From Caldisericia bacterium (GTDB taxonomy: Bacteria > Caldisericota > Caldisericia > JAAYUI01): a stretch of DNA of 64,000 nt. Location of the stretch: contig OY771555.1 in NCBI GenBank assembly GCA_963674785.1, positions 832,001 to 896,000 of the forward strand, read 5' to 3'. The notes beneath the pieces are model-generated. The model was not told the DNA's origin. It saw only the letters and a list, made by a program, of their open reading frames with translations, and ran no database searches. The position numbers were made by a program, and so were the translations under genes. Shown in pieces: positions 61,140 to 64,000 of this stretch. Position 1 is the first letter of the stretch. Every line of letters begins with the position of its first letter.

Positions 61140-61748
61140 ATGATTGATAGTCCAGTTAAGTTTGATATTGAGTATCCCGAGAAGTTATCGAGAGGAATCC
61201 TGCTTTTAAAGACATTCTTGGGGCAGGTTTATGTTGGAATCCCGCATATGTTCTGTTTGATGTTTTATGCAATTGCAATTGCATTTGTGCAGATTTACGT
61301 TTGGTTTGCCATTTTGTTTACTGGTAAATATCCAGAGAAGTCTTTCCATTTCATCCTCGGTTATTACAGGTGGTTATTCAGGGTGCTGGCATATTGGACA
61401 CTCATGATGACTGACAAATATCCTCCTTTCACAAACAAAGAAATCCCCGGTGACCCAGTAACATTCAACATTGAGTATCCAACAAACCTTTCAAAAGGAA
61501 TCCTTCTTCTAAAGACTTTCTTTGGGTTCATCTATGTTGGAATCCCTCATATGTTCTGCATCATGTTTTATGCTATTGCAGTCATGTTTGTGCAGATTTA
61601 TGTCTGGTTCTATATCTTGTTCAAAGGCAAATATCCAGAGAGTTCATTTGAATTTGTTAAAGGTCTGTATAGGTGGACAATGAGGGTCAATGCTTATTGG
61701 TCTCTCATGATGACTGATGTTTATCCACCATTTACGGGTAAGGTTTAG
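61140..61748 (+). CDS. DUF4389 membrane protein (two tandem repeats)
   Basis: Two copies of IEYP..LS.G...IPH...W..ILF.GKYP...RW..RV.AY...TD.YPPF; AGGAGG SD. Confidence 0.85.
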   Translation: MIDSPVKFDIEYPEKLSRGILLLKTFLGQVYVGIPHMFCLMFYAIAIAFVQIYVWFAILFTGKYPEKSFHFILGYYRWLFRVLAYWTLMMTDKYPPFTNKEIPGDPVTFNIEYPTNLSKGILLLKTFFGFIYVGIPHMFCIMFYAIAVMFVQIYVWFYILFKGKYPESSFEFVKGLYRWTMRVNAYWSLMMTDVYPPFTGKV

Positions 61749-61768
61749 ACTGAAATAAAGTTAGATAG

Positions 61769-62500
61769 TTAAGGATTTGTAGAGAGATGCCTGGTGAGGC
61801 TGGGCATCTCATCCCATGTTTTGCCGTGTAGGAGTCTTCCATTTTTCTTTTTATTGAAACCACCCCATTGTTTAAAGAAGAAATCTGTGTTGCTTCGGTG
61901 GCAAGCGACTTGTATTTCATCAATCCATTCTGTTTTAATGGGTCGTGATTTATAACCTGATTCTCCCCCAACAATAGCCCAGTCAATTCCATCAAGATTG
62001 GGATTTTCTACTCTCCCTATTAATGGTTCAAATGAAATAAACTTTACTTTTGCATCTGTGTTTTTTAGATGATCTAATCTGAATTTGTAATCATCGTTTT
62101 CGATACTTACTCCCATCCAGATGTTTTTTGACCAAGGAAGTTTCTTTGATAATTTTACAAGCCTTTCAGTTCTTTTGGTGAGCACTTGGAAAATATGTTG
62201 TTTTGCAAGATTCATTGTAACAAATACTCGTAAAATATACTCAAATGGAATATCCTTGTGAAACAAATCGCTCATCGAATTTACAAAAAAGATTGAGGGC
62301 TTTTTTCTTTTTAGAGGATAATCAAGAAGCTGCTCTTGAAGGGTTACTTCAAACCCATTTCTGTAGCTTGGGTTTCCCATAGCTTTAAGTCTTTTTGCCA
62401 TTTTCTCAGCATAACAATTATCGCAGCCAGGGCTAATTTTTGTGCAACCTGTCACGGGGTTCCAGCTGTTTTCTGTCCATTCGATTGTTGTTTTCGCCAT
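61769..62500 (-). CDS. DUF5131 (phage Gp37/Gp68-like, three-Cys motif) protein
   Basis: IEWT..WNPVTGCTKISPGCDNCYA, FVNSMSDLFH, VGGESG, FFKQWGG. Confidence 0.92.
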   Translation of the reverse strand: MAKTTIEWTENSWNPVTGCTKISPGCDNCYAEKMAKRLKAMGNPSYRNGFEVTLQEQLLDYPLKRKKPSIFFVNSMSDLFHKDIPFEYILRVFVTMNLAKQHIFQVLTKRTERLVKLSKKLPWSKNIWMGVSIENDDYKFRLDHLKNTDAKVKFISFEPLIGRVENPNLDGIDWAIVGGESGYKSRPIKTEWIDEIQVACHRSNTDFFFKQWGGFNKKKNGRLLHGKTWDEMPSLTRHLSTNP

Positions 62501-62509
62501 TTACCCCAC

Positions 62510-63598
62510 CTATTTAAATGTGATTATCCTTTTATCACCCATTGTGTTTTTTGGTCGTTTTTCTAAAGGTTTATCAACCTCTATCTTACCATCTTTTTCC
62601 AGTAGTATAAGGGCATCCTTATAATTTCTTGGAATATACCAGGTTCCAATGTTATGCATTTCAAAAATTTCTTTTGTTGTGAGTGTTTGACCTTTAAACT
62701 TTGTCACTAAGTCATTCATCAACTCATCTAATGGTTTTGATGTTTCAAACAATTGAGGAATGTTTCTTGAGTCTGGTTTAAATTTAAAGCTTGCGACTCC
62801 TTGAGTGATTTTATGACTAAACTTTGCCATAACCTCTTTCATGATCTTGTAACCAGTTTTATTTTTTGAAATAAAGAACAAATAATGGCTTGTTTTATCT
62901 TTGTCTTTATGTTCAAAGGAAAACGGTAAAATGAAATCTGAATCTAGTTTTTCTTTTATAGATTTTTGAAAAGTTTTTATTATGGTTGATTCTCTTTCTT
63001 GAACATCCATGTTGTGTATTTCTTTACGTAAAAAGTCAGCGTTTTCCTTCCCAAAAATGCTGTCAATGTGTTCAGAAACTATGGGATTTGTGATTGCCAT
63101 ATTGATTCGGTTATAATTAAAAAATAGAATGCATTCCGATCCATATGATTCTGTTAGTAGAGTAATAGCTTCAAGCGTTAACCCTTTGTATCCCCATGGA
63201 TCTAAGAAGCTAAGTTTTGGGCATTTGTATTTGGAAATCAAATCAATAATCAGTTCTCTAGAAACTTCATTATTTTCAATAATAGGTTTATGCTTTAATG
63301 TGTTTATACCGTTAATCTCAAAAATATTCTGTTTTAGCTCCTCTACGTATGTTTGATCAACATCATTAAAAAATGAATCAAAGCAATTTCTGAAATTAGA
63401 ATCAGCAATAACTTTATTGATAACCAATAGGGGAGTAGAATTTGATCCATCATCAAACTTACCTTTACCAGAAAATAGGTCTATATAACAAAACCTTTTA
63501 TGCTTTTTCATTACGTTAGCCCAAGCATTGAAGTATTTCTCAACAATAATTGATTTGATTAAAGAGTGCGGATCTTGTTCAATGAAGAATTCATTCAT
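62510..63598 (-). CDS. tcmP: Three-Cys-motif partner protein (methyltransferase-like, C-terminal wHTH)
   Basis: HS..K...Y..AW, YIDLFSGKG, FLDPWGY; directly upstream of DUF5131. Confidence 0.85.
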   Translation of the reverse strand: MNEFFIEQDPHSLIKSIIVEKYFNAWANVMKKHKRFCYIDLFSGKGKFDDGSNSTPLLVINKVIADSNFRNCFDSFFNDVDQTYVEELKQNIFEINGINTLKHKPIIENNEVSRELIIDLISKYKCPKLSFLDPWGYKGLTLEAITLLTESYGSECILFFNYNRINMAITNPIVSEHIDSIFGKENADFLRKEIHNMDVQERESTIIKTFQKSIKEKLDSDFILPFSFEHKDKDKTSHYLFFISKNKTGYKIMKEVMAKFSHKITQGVASFKFKPDSRNIPQLFETSKPLDELMNDLVTKFKGQTLTTKEIFEMHNIGTWYIPRNYKDALILLEKDGKIEVDKPLEKRPKNTMGDKRIITFK

Positions 63599-63690
63599 TT
63601 GATGTTACCCTCCACCTATGTGGTTTATAAATATAGTATATCACAAATATATTCAACTTGCTGATCCAAGCCAAAAATAAAATGTCGCTT

Positions 63691-63999
63691 TTACTTGATC
63701 ATCTCCCCCAACCCCTCACCCGGAACCACATACCTAAACGTAGCATTATCATACGGTGAATAGTCCGGGGTAAGGAAGAATTCCCCAGGTATTGTGCCGG
63801 TCACACCAGAATAGCACATGCTGATGGTTGTAAATGGTTCAACAGACCAATCGGTGGTGTTCATGATGCCTACTGAATGGCAATCAGAGCTTATCGCTAC
63901 AAGCTGTTCGGGAATCTCAAAAACCTCACAAATTGGCATCCAGTCCGACTCAATTTTCTGATATGTGACGATGTTATCGAAAAAGCCGATCTCATCTTC
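63691..63999 (-). CDS. C-terminal end of a hypothetical protein running off the window
   Basis: The frame is open to the window end (EDEIGFFDNIVTYQKIESDWMPICEV...). Confidence 0.55.
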   Translation of the reverse strand, partial: EDEIGFFDNIVTYQKIESDWMPICEVFEIPEQLVAISSDCHSVGIMNTTDWSVEPFTTISMCYSGVTGTIPGEFFLTPDYSPYDNATFRYVVPGEGLGEMIK

Positions 64000-64000
64000 G

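Noticed and set aside
61769-62500. Prophage implied by the 'phage Gp37/Gp68' label
   Set aside because: No structural, integrase or replication genes are nearby; the family occurs in non-phage cassettes with TcmP.

Overview
Bacterial chromosomal window with no phage, IS transposase or CRISPR array visible. About 13 exported proteins carry copper-amine-oxidase N-terminal ('stalk') domains. This suggests a Caldisericota-like organism, which is an inference to test with the 23S rRNA. Layout: (1-6220) large surface proteins; (6752-15295) AT-rich block of lipoproteins and beta-propeller proteins; a GT2; an orphan KAP NTPase; a murI operon; (26030-35035) a coupled greA-lysS operon that includes a membrane protein with a PIN-like tail; (35157-46209) seven tandem stalk-domain paralogues; (47667-54696) an amino-sugar glycan locus; a DnaA-box cluster; a 23S-5S rRNA unit with its own promoter and no 16S; and a TcmP/DUF5131 pair. 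The strongest non-coding signals are three. First, clusters of CGTC-tagged palindromes into whose loop a second small element has inserted at the same position five times, sometimes nested three deep. Second, an ECF-sigma-type promoter motif (WGAACC-N16-CGT) in front of five surface-protein genes. Third, a near-identical gene-conversion tract between two diverged array paralogues. All domain calls come from motif recognition by eye; no database searches were run.
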